Source: an uncultured bacterium | Lineage (GTDB): Bacteria > Patescibacteriota > Saccharimonadia > UBA4664 | Assembly (NCBI GenBank): GCA_963740635.1 | Contig: CAVUEQ010000001.1 | Coordinates: forward strand, 209,026 to 273,025 | DNA length: 64,000 nt | Direction of reading: 5' to 3' | Part shown: piece after piece, positions 40,597 to 50,247 of the stretch | Numbering within the stretch: position 1 is the first letter of the stretch | Layout: every line of letters starts with the position of its first letter | Notes under the pieces: generated by a model | Told to the model about the DNA's origin: nothing | What the model saw: the letters and a program-made list of their open reading frames with translations, nothing else | Database searches by the model: none | Made by a program: the position numbers and the translations under genes

Positions 40597-42045
40597 ATGA
40601 TAACGCTTATGAGGGGTGTACTCGACCAACCGTTAGCATTTGTGGATATTGAGACTACCGGGGGTAGTCATTTTACGAGCCGGGTGCTTGAGGTGGCGGT
40701 GGTGCGCGTGGAGAATAACCGGGTGGTGTCTAGTTTCAAGACACTGATACACCCGGATGAGCGGATACCGAGCTTCATTACCGGACTTACGGGCATTACT
40801 GATGCGGATGTCGCCGAGGCGCCGCGGTTTGAGCTGGTGGCCGGCGAGCTGGCGGAAATCTTAGACGGCGCGGTGTTTGTGGCGCATAACGTGCGGTTTG
40901 ATTATGCGTTTTTGAAGATGGAATTTGAGCGGCTGGGGGCGACGTTTAGGCCGCAATTGTTGTGCACGGTGCGGCTCTCGCGGCGGTTGTTTCCGCAATA
41001 CCGCACACACAAGCTGGCCGACTTGATTACTCGGCATAGTTTGAGTGCGCCGGCCCGGCACAGGGCGTACGATGATGCGCATTGCCTGTGGCAGTTTTAC
41101 CAGCTGTGCTTGCGGGAGTTTGACCTGGACACGATTGAGGCGGCGGTGAAGGCGCAATTGGGGGCGCAGGCGGTGCCGAGCCAGCTCGATCCCGAGCAGG
41201 TAGCGGCGCTGCCGGAGGGGCCGGGGGTGTACGTGTTTGAGGACGAGGATGGGGTGCCGCTGTACGTGGGCAAGAGCGTGACGGTGCGCAAGCGGGTGCT
41301 GAGCCACTTTGCGGCTGATTATGGGAGCGGCTCGGAGCTGAAGCTGGCGCAGGCGGTGCGGCGGCTGCGGGCGGTGGCGACGCACGGCGAGCTGAGCGCG
41401 CTGCTGCTGGAGAGCGACATGGTGAAGGATTTGCAGCCGCAATACAACCGCATGTTGCGCCGGCGCAAGCAGATGACGCTGCTGCTGGAGACGCATGATG
41501 ACGCCGGGTACGCGGGGGTGCGGGTGGCTGACGTGGCCGAGATTGATCCGGATGAGGCGCAGCGGCTGCTGGCGGTGTATGCGACCAGGACGCGGGCCAA
41601 GAGTTCGCTGGTGGCGCTGTCGGCGCGGTTCCGCCTGTGCCCGAAACTGCTGGGGCTCGAGAAAACCAACCGGGAGTGCTTTTTGGCCCAGTTGGGCAAA
41701 TGTGATCGGGCGTGCGAGGGCGCGGAGCCGGCCGAGGCTTATAATGAGCGGTTTGAATTTGCGTTTGAGCGGCAGAAGGTGGCGGTGTGGCCGTATGCGG
41801 GGCCGGTGCTCATCCGGGAGCAGCGGCGGGATCTGGAGGGTTCAGTGGGCTTTGTCGTGGACGGTTGGTGTCTGACCGCCCGGCTGCGGGAGCTCGAAGA
41901 CGGTACGGTGGAAACCGAGCCGGAGGCCCGGCGTTTTGACCTCGACCGCTACAAGATTATCCGGCAATTTCTGCAGGACCCGAGCCACCGCCGGGCGGTT
42001 ACTCCCCTGTCGCCGGCTCAGGCGAGGCAGCTGGTAGCGGTATGA
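40597..42045 (+). CDS. DEDDh 3'-5' exonuclease (DnaQ-like) fused to a GIY-YIG (UvrC/Cho-like) nuclease domain
   Basis: The exonuclease motifs are Exo I 'FVDIETTGG', Exo II 'FVAHNVRFDYAFL' and Exo III 'HRAYDDAHCL'. The GIY-YIG domain follows as 'GPGVYVFEDEDGVPLYVGKSVTVRKRVLSHF'. Confidence 0.8.
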   Translation: MITLMRGVLDQPLAFVDIETTGGSHFTSRVLEVAVVRVENNRVVSSFKTLIHPDERIPSFITGLTGITDADVAEAPRFELVAGELAEILDGAVFVAHNVRFDYAFLKMEFERLGATFRPQLLCTVRLSRRLFPQYRTHKLADLITRHSLSAPARHRAYDDAHCLWQFYQLCLREFDLDTIEAAVKAQLGAQAVPSQLDPEQVAALPEGPGVYVFEDEDGVPLYVGKSVTVRKRVLSHFAADYGSGSELKLAQAVRRLRAVATHGELSALLLESDMVKDLQPQYNRMLRRRKQMTLLLETHDDAGYAGVRVADVAEIDPDEAQRLLAVYATRTRAKSSLVALSARFRLCPKLLGLEKTNRECFLAQLGKCDRACEGAEPAEAYNERFEFAFERQKVAVWPYAGPVLIREQRRDLEGSVGFVVDGWCLTARLRELEDGTVETEPEARRFDLDRYKIIRQFLQDPSHRRAVTPLSPAQARQLVAV

Positions 42046-42082
42046 GTTGCATTATCTCGATAACGATGTTACTGTAACCTCT

Positions 42083-43102
42083 ATGAAAGTACTCGTAACA
42101 GGCGGCGCCGGCTATATCGGCAGCCACACAGTAGTAGAGCTCGCGGCGGCTGGCATGGAACCGGTGATCGTCGATAATTTCAGTAACAGCCGGCCGGAGG
42201 TGTTGGCGCGGATCGAGCAGATCGTGGGCCGGCCGGTCGAGTTTCACGAATGCGATGTGGCCGATGCCGGCGCCTTGGACAAGGTCTTCGCGCGGGTGCG
42301 GCCGGAGGCGGTGATTCACTTCGCGGGTTTTAAGGCTGTTGGCGAATCGATGGAGCAGCCGCTCAAGTATTACCGCAACAACTTACTGTCGACGATTGCG
42401 CTGGCTGAAGTGATGGCGCGCCACGATGTGAAGCGGATTGTGTTTAGCTCGACCGCGACGGTATATGGGGTGCCCAGGACCAACCCGATTCGCGAAGATT
42501 TTCCGTGCGCGCCGGCTAACGTGTATGGCCGCACCAAGCTGATGAGCGAGCAGATTTTGCAGGACGCTGCGGATGCTGACCCTGAGCTGGGCGTGACCCT
42601 GCTGCGGTACTTCAACCCGGTGGGGGCGCACGAGAGCGCACTGATCGGTGAGGACCCGGCGGACATCCCGAACAACCTCATGCCGTTTGTATCTCAGGTG
42701 GCGGTGGGCAAACACGAGTTTGTGCGGGTGTTTGGCAACGACTACGACACCCCGGATGGCACCGGCGTGCGCGACTACCTGCACGTGGTGGACCTGGCCA
42801 GGGCCCATGTGAAGGCGCTGGAGCACGGGGCCGGCCGGTCGGGGGTGGCGGTATACAATTTGGGCTCTGGAAAGCCACATTCGGTAATGGAGGTGATCCG
42901 GGCTTATGAGAAGGCTGCCGGTAAAACCCTCCCCTACCGGGTGTTGGTCCGGCGCCCAGGTGATATCGATATTTATTATGCCGACCCGGCTTTGGCCGAG
43001 AAAGAGCTGGGATGGCGGGCCGAAAAATCCCTCGATGATATGTGCGCCGACGCTTGGCGCTGGCAAAGCCGCAACCCGCATGGGTATGCCAAAAGTCGCT
43101 GA
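42083..43102 (+). CDS. galE: UDP-glucose 4-epimerase
   Basis: 'MKVLVTGGAGYIGSHTV', 'YGRTK' (YxxxK) and 'GTGVRDYLHVVDLA' are present. The ATG at 42083 is preferred to the track start at 42047. Confidence 0.9.
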   Translation: MKVLVTGGAGYIGSHTVVELAAAGMEPVIVDNFSNSRPEVLARIEQIVGRPVEFHECDVADAGALDKVFARVRPEAVIHFAGFKAVGESMEQPLKYYRNNLLSTIALAEVMARHDVKRIVFSSTATVYGVPRTNPIREDFPCAPANVYGRTKLMSEQILQDAADADPELGVTLLRYFNPVGAHESALIGEDPADIPNNLMPFVSQVAVGKHEFVRVFGNDYDTPDGTGVRDYLHVVDLARAHVKALEHGAGRSGVAVYNLGSGKPHSVMEVIRAYEKAAGKTLPYRVLVRRPGDIDIYYADPALAEKELGWRAEKSLDDMCADAWRWQSRNPHGYAKSR

Positions 43103-43120
43103 TTGTTGGCCGGTTTTGGC

Positions 43121-43345
43121 CTAGCGAATGTCTTTAATCAGCATGTAGGAAAAAAGCGAGAGAAACGAGATCACAAAGCAGATAACGCCGAAGGTGTCTT
43201 CGCGCGGAAAATTAGCCAAATGCGTTAATGGTAACGCGAGGGTCTCAGGGTGGAAGACGGCGTTTTCGGCGATGTAGAACCAGCCGGCGAATCCAAAAAT
43301 CGCCGTTGTGAACAGTAATGATTTCCAGACGGTTATGATCTTCAT
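43121..43345 (-). CDS. Small two-TM membrane protein
   Basis: The 74-aa ORF has two hydrophobic helices and is the last gene of the minus-strand glycan cluster. Confidence 0.45.
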   Translation of the reverse strand: MKIITVWKSLLFTTAIFGFAGWFYIAENAVFHPETLALPLTHLANFPREDTFGVICFVISFLSLFSYMLIKDIR

Positions 43346-43357
43346 GACATCATTGTA

Positions 43358-45634
43358 TTAGTTTTTGTTTTTCCGAAATAGCTGTACGCTTCCGGACGAG
43401 TAAAGAAGATCGGCATCGTCGTAGACGAAAGGGTCAATTTTGAGGCCAATTAGGTTATCGAAAGTGTAAACCATGTGGTCTGTTGTTTGGGACTCAGAAA
43501 GTAAGGCATAATTGCCGGCTTTCACCTGGAATGGGAATATTCCGGCGTTGGTGGTGTCGAACGTGCTTTGCGGATAGTAGGCATAGACAGCGGCGTAATC
43601 GGCCAAATTAATCTTGGAACCGGCCGGCAGGTTGTCCTGCATCCAGCTATAGGCGGCCAAATCGGGAGTCTGAGGGTAGACGGTTCCATAGTATTGACCG
43701 CTGTTCTGGAGGCTTAGCTGTTTGTGGATACCGCCGGTAATATAGGGCAAGAAGCCCGAATACAGTACAAATAGCCCAGTGGCCAGGGAGATGAGGAGGC
43801 CGTTTTCGAACCGCTTCCATTTTGTGACTAACACGCCTACCCCAAAGACCATGGGCAAGCATAACACCAGGAATGCCTGCATGAATGCGCGGGTGATGCC
43901 GTAATTTTCAGCGAGTCCAGGCAAAAATAATTGTGAACCGAGGACTACGGCGGTTGCTGCGCACCAAATTGGGTATAGTATCGGCATTTTGCCTAGTTTT
44001 TCCCGGACTGATGGCCGAAATAGATGGAATGTGCCGATGGCGATGAATAACAGGTATAGCTTGGTCGCGAGTCCGTAATACAACGTCGATACGATCTGGG
44101 GGGCGTTCAAGCCCAGGTTAAAAATAATCCATTTACTCACCGGCGTGGCCGGCAGGTCGCTGCTCACAACGGTGAGATTCTTTTGAATGTCAGCCGTGCT
44201 GGTAGCGGCTGCAACCTTAGTATTGTCTACATAATGACGGATAGACACCTGTTGGCTGTCGGCATTAGGGGAGGTAATAGTTTTGATGATAATCGATGGG
44301 TCTTTCACGAGCTGGCCCATTTTGGCAACTGAACTTGCGAGTTTCTGCTGTAAATCCCCGCCGACTTTTGTGACTTGCCCGAACCAGATGTAAGAACAGA
44401 GACAAATGATGAGAACGGTCCAGGTAGATATGTTGCCACGTGATAGGCGCCGGCGCATCCGATTGGGTTTCTGATTGAGTAGCACGAACAGTTGGATCGA
44501 CCCATACGCCAATACGAGCGGTCCAATAAATAAATAGGCTGTTGAGTAGTGCGAAAGCACTACGCCCAGCGCCATGGCTACGAACAGAGCGTTGCGATGA
44601 CGTTTGAGCCACGGTTCCGTTCGAATAAATATTGCTCCTATGGCCAGAGTGACAAACACGAACGCAATTTCCTGGCGGGAAATGAATGGGACGTCGATGC
44701 TAAATGTCGGCAAGCCAATAAGGAGTACTGCGGCAATGAAGGCCTTTCCCCTGCCCAAAAATTCCCGGCTGGTCAAAAACACAGTTAGCGGAGCGATGAT
44801 GAATATCAGCTGGTCTATGAGCTTGAATACCAGAGTCCCATCGATGTGTATGAGTTTGTGCAATGCCACCGGCAGAAGTGTAATGCTGAGGCAGGCGTTA
44901 TACGGCTCCCGGTACGAGGCTATGTCCCAGCGGCCCTGCTGCAGGGCAAGGTTGAAGACCTGAAATTCGTGCTGCATATCTTGCCCACTGATGTACCAGC
45001 TGCGAAGCGATGAAGCGAGCAGGAGGCCTAACGTAGTAGTCGCAATCACCCAGAATAGCGAGGCAGTATGGAGCCTCCTCCTCAGGAGGTATGTCGTGGG
45101 TATGATGATGGTTGTGGCGGTGAGTGCGCTCAAACTGAAAAAATTGGAGCCGGCGTCGTTTAAGCTCACAGCGCCCAGGGCAGCGAGAACGGGTATGAGT
45201 GTGGTGGCGGCGATAATTAATTGATCCTGACGCCGCAGTTGGCCGAAAAATTTGACCAAGTTCTTCTTATGGGGCACTCTGGTTGCGGCCAATATTGCGA
45301 GCGCCACGTATCCTGCATTAAACAACCAGAACAGAGTGGGCGTATCGAGCGGGCGGTGTACTCCAACCATCTGGGGCAAGTAGTTGGCCAGCAGCGCGAT
45401 GAATATAAGCAGGAGAACGCTCAGGCCGCCGGCGAATGCGAGAGTGACGGCCGACAACCTTCTTGCGCCCAGGCTGAAGGCAATAAATAGCCCCGGCAAT
45501 AGAAGCGTCACGGGTAGACCTAAAAGCAGTGCAAGGTTGCTCAGCGGCCAGGGAAGGAGGAGCGCCAGATTCCATAGGAGTAGTAATCCAAGAACAAACA
45601 ACAGGCGGTTGAGATTCGTCTTGAGGCGGAGCAT
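43358..45634 (-). CDS. Large polytopic membrane protein (GT-C / polymerase-like, DUF2206-like)
   Basis: The 758-aa product has more than 12 predicted hydrophobic helices over the first ~420 aa, then a mixed soluble and TM region. Its ATG overlaps the upstream stop. The family assignment is tentative. Confidence 0.65.
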   Translation of the reverse strand: MLRLKTNLNRLLFVLGLLLLWNLALLLPWPLSNLALLLGLPVTLLLPGLFIAFSLGARRLSAVTLAFAGGLSVLLLIFIALLANYLPQMVGVHRPLDTPTLFWLFNAGYVALAILAATRVPHKKNLVKFFGQLRRQDQLIIAATTLIPVLAALGAVSLNDAGSNFFSLSALTATTIIIPTTYLLRRRLHTASLFWVIATTTLGLLLASSLRSWYISGQDMQHEFQVFNLALQQGRWDIASYREPYNACLSITLLPVALHKLIHIDGTLVFKLIDQLIFIIAPLTVFLTSREFLGRGKAFIAAVLLIGLPTFSIDVPFISRQEIAFVFVTLAIGAIFIRTEPWLKRHRNALFVAMALGVVLSHYSTAYLFIGPLVLAYGSIQLFVLLNQKPNRMRRRLSRGNISTWTVLIICLCSYIWFGQVTKVGGDLQQKLASSVAKMGQLVKDPSIIIKTITSPNADSQQVSIRHYVDNTKVAAATSTADIQKNLTVVSSDLPATPVSKWIIFNLGLNAPQIVSTLYYGLATKLYLLFIAIGTFHLFRPSVREKLGKMPILYPIWCAATAVVLGSQLFLPGLAENYGITRAFMQAFLVLCLPMVFGVGVLVTKWKRFENGLLISLATGLFVLYSGFLPYITGGIHKQLSLQNSGQYYGTVYPQTPDLAAYSWMQDNLPAGSKINLADYAAVYAYYPQSTFDTTNAGIFPFQVKAGNYALLSESQTTDHMVYTFDNLIGLKIDPFVYDDADLLYSSGSVQLFRKNKN

Positions 45635-47877
45635 CAGCCGGCAGCCTCGGCGATGGCGGCGGTGAAGGGTTCTACGGCCATTGCGGTATCAGAGACGGCC
45701 AAGAGCGAAGCGTTATGGCGTTGAATGCGGCGCAGCTTTTGTGGGTTCGTAAGAAGCTCGCCGATTGCGGCGGCGAGACTTTGGATGTTGTCTGACGGGA
45801 ACACAATGCCCGAGGCTGGGTCCACAATTTCTTTGGCAGCGGCCGCGTCGGAGACAATGACGGCTAATCCGTAATGAATGGCTTCGTTTACCACCAGCCC
45901 CCAGCAGTCCCGACGGGTCGGCAGAACTAAAATGTCGTGGCTCCTGTATAGTTCTGCTTTGGGTTGGCCATCGGTAAAACCGGCAAATTCAATGCGAACG
46001 TCTCCCGCTGCGAGCTCGCGCAAATTCGGCTCCTCTTCGCCAGTCCCGACGATAGTGAGCTTAGCCTTGGGATCCGCGATGGTAAGAAATGCGTTGATGA
46101 GCAGGGCGGCGTTTTTGTGCTTACTTAGGTACCCGACAAATAGCAGGCTTTTTCCGTTTCGGTTGGGGTTGGCTTGGGGCGGCGGCAATAATTCTTCCGG
46201 CATAATCTCGAATGTGCGTAATATTCGGGATTCCGGCACTCCGTTCCGGACTAAAAATTGCCTGGCCTCTTCGCTAAATGCCAAACACGAGCTGGCGTTG
46301 CGGAAGAATACCTTGCGGTAACACAGAACTCCCCAGCTCACAAACCGGCCGAGAGCGGCTAGTGGCTTACTAGTAGCAAAGGTGAGCGCGGGTACAGACT
46401 GGATTTTCTCTTCGGTCACTTCCGACCACACGATGATTGGCCGGCGGCGCAGCTTGGCTACCACAAGGCTGGTGATTGAAAGCGGTGCGGTGTCGGGATC
46501 GGTGTTGGTGATTAACACGTCGAATCTAGATCGCAACAGGGTTCGAAGTGCGCCCCTGTTGAAGGCTAACGGTCCCAGGGCGAACGACGGAAGCAGTCGG
46601 CTGGAGAAGCTGTATTTACCAAGTTGGTTTTGCCACTCCCGGTCTTTGATTGTGGTTTGGGTAAAGAGCACTTCTAAGTTGGTCGACGCAGATAGTTGCT
46701 CGAACATGGGCAGGCGGTATGGAGCGATAACGTTATGGATCAAGGCGACCCTTGGGCGCCGGGCGGCTTCAAGGGCAGCTTCTGTCATGGCGGCTGCGCT
46801 TGACCAGGAGTGAGGGTTTTTGGCAGGTGAGGAGCGGCGGGCGGAGGCGAGAACGGTATTGAGCACAGTTGTGATGGAGGCCACGTTGGGCTCTGCCAGA
46901 TTGGCCGATCCAGCTAACTCCAGCGCGGCAGGTATGCCGCCGACATTGGTGCCAACGACCGGGGTGCCACAGGCGGCAGCTTCTAGCAGCACCATCCCGA
47001 ACCCTTCGGCGGGGTTGGTTGAGGGCAAGACAAATGCGGCTGCCGAGGCATAATAGGCCGGCAGATCATCGTCGGTGACGAATCCCGTGAACGTCACGTC
47101 CCCTTGGATTCCGAGTAATTGCGCCTGCCGCCGGTAGCTTTCGAGGTTGTTGCCCTGGCCGACAACTACGAGATGAAGGCTGGGATTGTCACGGCGGAGC
47201 CCGGCAACTGAATTAATCAGCAAATCAAGGCCCTTGTGAGCGTGGGTCCTGGAGAGTGAGCCTACAAACAGCACGATTTGCTTACCTATAAATTTGTGCT
47301 TGACCGCAGACGCATCCACCCGGGTGTTGAAACGGCTGGCGTCGACCCCAGGCGGTATAATTACCGTCTTGTCGGCAAATGGCCGTAAATATGGTGATGA
47401 GTCGGCATAAAATTGCGACGTCGCAACGATACGGCCGGCCCGGCGTAGGGTGCCTTTTCCGAGCAGGTGCCAAAACAGCGAAGCCGCCATCTTGAGAATC
47501 TTATTGTCCTTGGACAAATCATTGTGGTAAGTCAAAACAAACGGGGTGCGTCCGGCAGCCCGGGCTGCCATGTCGGCGATGAACGGCACAGGAGTGTGGC
47601 CTAAGATTACGTCGGGTTTTTCTTGCCGAAAAATCGCTTTTATCTGGAAATACCATAGAGGGTGGACCGGGGTGTTCGATAAGACCAGCAACGGAGCCAG
47701 CCGGATTACCCTGATGCCGTCAATAGATTCCTCGATGCGCTTGCGGGACGTGTCGTTACTGGTGATGACCAGGACTTCATGTCCGTTTTCACGCAGGCCC
47801 TTGGCGATGCCCAGGGCGTAGTTTTCGAGCCCCCCGATGCGGGGGTAAAAATAGGGTGCTACTACGGCGATCTTCAT
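45634..47877 (-). CDS. Tandem GT-B (GT4-like) glycosyltransferase
   Basis: The start 'MKIAVVAPYFYPRIGGLENYALGIA' is typical of GT4. Two 'E(x7)E'-type C-terminal GT-B halves are present ('PAEGFGMVLLEAAACGTPVV', 'RRDCWGLVVNEAIHYGLAVI'). The ATG at 47877 is used. Confidence 0.8.
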   Translation of the reverse strand: MKIAVVAPYFYPRIGGLENYALGIAKGLRENGHEVLVITSNDTSRKRIEESIDGIRVIRLAPLLVLSNTPVHPLWYFQIKAIFRQEKPDVILGHTPVPFIADMAARAAGRTPFVLTYHNDLSKDNKILKMAASLFWHLLGKGTLRRAGRIVATSQFYADSSPYLRPFADKTVIIPPGVDASRFNTRVDASAVKHKFIGKQIVLFVGSLSRTHAHKGLDLLINSVAGLRRDNPSLHLVVVGQGNNLESYRRQAQLLGIQGDVTFTGFVTDDDLPAYYASAAAFVLPSTNPAEGFGMVLLEAAACGTPVVGTNVGGIPAALELAGSANLAEPNVASITTVLNTVLASARRSSPAKNPHSWSSAAAMTEAALEAARRPRVALIHNVIAPYRLPMFEQLSASTNLEVLFTQTTIKDREWQNQLGKYSFSSRLLPSFALGPLAFNRGALRTLLRSRFDVLITNTDPDTAPLSITSLVVAKLRRRPIIVWSEVTEEKIQSVPALTFATSKPLAALGRFVSWGVLCYRKVFFRNASSCLAFSEEARQFLVRNGVPESRILRTFEIMPEELLPPPQANPNRNGKSLLFVGYLSKHKNAALLINAFLTIADPKAKLTIVGTGEEEPNLRELAAGDVRIEFAGFTDGQPKAELYRSHDILVLPTRRDCWGLVVNEAIHYGLAVIVSDAAAAKEIVDPASGIVFPSDNIQSLAAAIGELLTNPQKLRRIQRHNASLLAVSDTAMAVEPFTAAIAEAAG

Positions 47878-48032
47878 ATGCGAAAAACGCCCCCTAAGGC
47901 GCTGGAATAGCAAAATCTAGGAATTGGGTTTTGACGAAACATTAAAAACGAAACGATTACGCAACACGCTTGATTAAATAACGTACACGCTTAATATGCA
48001 AGCATAACCGGACGGCAAAAAAGCGTTTTGGG

Positions 48033-49244
48033 CTAATGGATGGCCGCGCGAAATGCATCATAGGCCGGCTTGCGGCTGCCATTAGCCCGTAGGAGGCCAA
48101 AAAAGTTCTCGATTGTGGACGGATCGGTGCTTGGATCCTGGTAGGTGTACCAAAATATTGGCCCTGCCCACGGGTAGGTCCGGTATACGTTGAGGGCAGT
48201 GGTGGCCATAGTGGCTTGCAATACTTCAGAAACGTAAGCCGAGTCCCCGAACGGGCCGCTTCCGCCGGATATCATCGGTCCGGGGCCGCCGGTGGGAGCG
48301 CCGTACTCGGTGGCCCAGATCTTTTTAGTGCCGTCCCCATGGGCTGTCATGATGCCGTGCAGCGCGGTTAAGTCGCTCCAGGCCCCTCCCGGATAGGCAT
48401 TGTCGACGGTGTAAGGAAATGTGTACGGGTGGTGAGCGACGGCGTCGAATGCGCCCTTCCCTCCTGATGCGTAGATGCCGGCGAGGAAGTCATTGGCCCT
48501 TATATTTGTACCGTTGCTTCGGGCCGGGGCAGTCCCACCGGTGAGTACGATAGCGCCCGGATCAACATTTTTGATGGCGGAATATGCCGCCCGGAGCAGT
48601 TTGGTGTAGGCACCGATATTGGGTGTCGGCTTGTAGTAATCGTCGACGTTTGGCTCGTTCCAGATTTCCCAGGAGTGTATTCCGAGCGGTGTATAGCGCG
48701 CTACTGCGATGGCGGCAAAGTGTGAGAAGTCTGCAGGATTGGTAGGAGCACACTTGGAGTTATCGGTGCAATCGGCCGGGCGTGCCCAAGGTGGGGTGTA
48801 ATCGATGATGCCCAGGGCGTGCATTCCGCGGGCGGTGATGCCGTGGGCGACGTTGTCATAATCGGCCCAATTATATTGGCCGGGGCCATCGTGCTCGATA
48901 TTGTTCCATTCAATATCAAACCGGACCCAGGTGACGCCAATGGATTTGATATCGTCCAGCGAGCGGTTTAGTTCGCCTGGCGACAGGTCAGCCAGACCGG
49001 CCGCGATTCCAAACGTATCGGGGCCGGGGATTTGGGCGGTGGAAGTTGCACGGGGTTGGGGCGTAGGGGTAGCTGAGGGTGTGGGGCTAGCGGATGGCGA
49101 TGGTGAGACCGTTTCAATTGCCAATGCAGTACCCTGGGGCATGGTTTCATGGATGGGCTGATAGATTGTGAGTTCAGCTACAAATACGCAGAGCGCGAGC
49201 AAAACTGTCTTTCGAATATGCCAATTAACCACCTCACCTGCCAA
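48033..49244 (-). CDS. Secreted clan-A glycoside hydrolase (GH5-like)
   Basis: An N-terminal anchor and a Pro/Ser/Thr linker are present. 'HSWEIWNEPNV' carries the acid/base NEP motif and 'KIWATEYGAP' the nucleophile. The start codon is uncertain; the TTG at 49244 is taken from the track. Confidence 0.7.
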   Translation of the reverse strand: MAGEVVNWHIRKTVLLALCVFVAELTIYQPIHETMPQGTALAIETVSPSPSASPTPSATPTPQPRATSTAQIPGPDTFGIAAGLADLSPGELNRSLDDIKSIGVTWVRFDIEWNNIEHDGPGQYNWADYDNVAHGITARGMHALGIIDYTPPWARPADCTDNSKCAPTNPADFSHFAAIAVARYTPLGIHSWEIWNEPNVDDYYKPTPNIGAYTKLLRAAYSAIKNVDPGAIVLTGGTAPARSNGTNIRANDFLAGIYASGGKGAFDAVAHHPYTFPYTVDNAYPGGAWSDLTALHGIMTAHGDGTKKIWATEYGAPTGGPGPMISGGSGPFGDSAYVSEVLQATMATTALNVYRTYPWAGPIFWYTYQDPSTDPSTIENFFGLLRANGSRKPAYDAFRAAIH

Positions 49245-49317
49245 TCACTGTTTGCTGTTGTGAGTTCATCTATTCACTTATGCTATTAGCCACTGTCCCC
49301 TTTTGCAAATCTGGGAC

Positions 49318-50247
49318 TCAATTTCGTAAAAGATCGTAAATACCTCCTAAAAGCAGTGCCGATGTCTGGACCAGGCCGTAAGTAACGAGCCATCTTTTCT
49401 CGGTCGCAACTGATTTGGGGTACGATTTGTCGAGGGCGCGCAGGGGCAGGTGGGCTGCCAGCCACAGTGACAGCCAGGCAAATACCGTGTACACGAAGAT
49501 ATATTCCATCGCCGGTAGGATATAGTTTACCAGCAGAACGGCGCTTTGGTCTGAATCCAACAGGTAATCGATCCCAGCCCCGAGACAGATGGCCAGCAGT
49601 GAGTAGTAACCGATGTAGATGATAAACCGCAGGTAGTCGGGTTGGCCAAGCCGGTCCCGAAAATAGCCCTTATAGCCGTAGTGGGCCATGAATGACCAGG
49701 GAAATATGATCAGGGCCGCAATAATGTACGGTGCTAGCATCGTTTTGCCTGTGGCGGCATACACAGCTACCAGTGGCATGACGAACTTTAGTAGTCGCTC
49801 GGCGAAAAGAGTTAGCCCTTTGGCGGTCTGGAGGCGGGAGTGCAAGACGGAGAGGCAGGCAAGCAGTGCACAGTAGCCGATAAGAAGCGGCGCGAGCTGG
49901 GGCCAAATTAGAAGGCTTACACCAAGGATGGCCGTAAAGCAGCCGAGAGTGGCTAGCAGGTAGTGCCGGCCGAGTACATGCCGGGCGGTGTGTTTCGGGA
50001 TGCCAAGCATTAGGTCCTTATCGCAGTCGAGGTAGTCGTTGACCACGTACACGAGGGTGTAGCAATAAGTTACCAGCAGTGTCAGGGAGATAGCCAGGGC
50101 CACGCCGCCAGGCGAAATGCCGTCGGTGGCCAGTCTTAGGACGACATAAGGGGCGATCGCCCCCAGAGCCAAAAGCATGTTGACACCGACCGTCGTGTTA
50201 TACGCGACGGCAAAATAGAGGCGATAAGCAAGTGTCATTGCGCTCAT
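49318..50247 (-). CDS. UbiA-superfamily prenyl-phosphate transferase (phosphoribosyltransferase-like)
   Basis: It is polytopic and has the 'VVNDYLDCDKD' Asp-rich motif (NDxxDxxxD). Its ATG overlaps the flippase stop (ATGA). Confidence 0.7.
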   Translation of the reverse strand: MSAMTLAYRLYFAVAYNTTVGVNMLLALGAIAPYVVLRLATDGISPGGVALAISLTLLVTYCYTLVYVVNDYLDCDKDLMLGIPKHTARHVLGRHYLLATLGCFTAILGVSLLIWPQLAPLLIGYCALLACLSVLHSRLQTAKGLTLFAERLLKFVMPLVAVYAATGKTMLAPYIIAALIIFPWSFMAHYGYKGYFRDRLGQPDYLRFIIYIGYYSLLAICLGAGIDYLLDSDQSAVLLVNYILPAMEYIFVYTVFAWLSLWLAAHLPLRALDKSYPKSVATEKRWLVTYGLVQTSALLLGGIYDLLRN

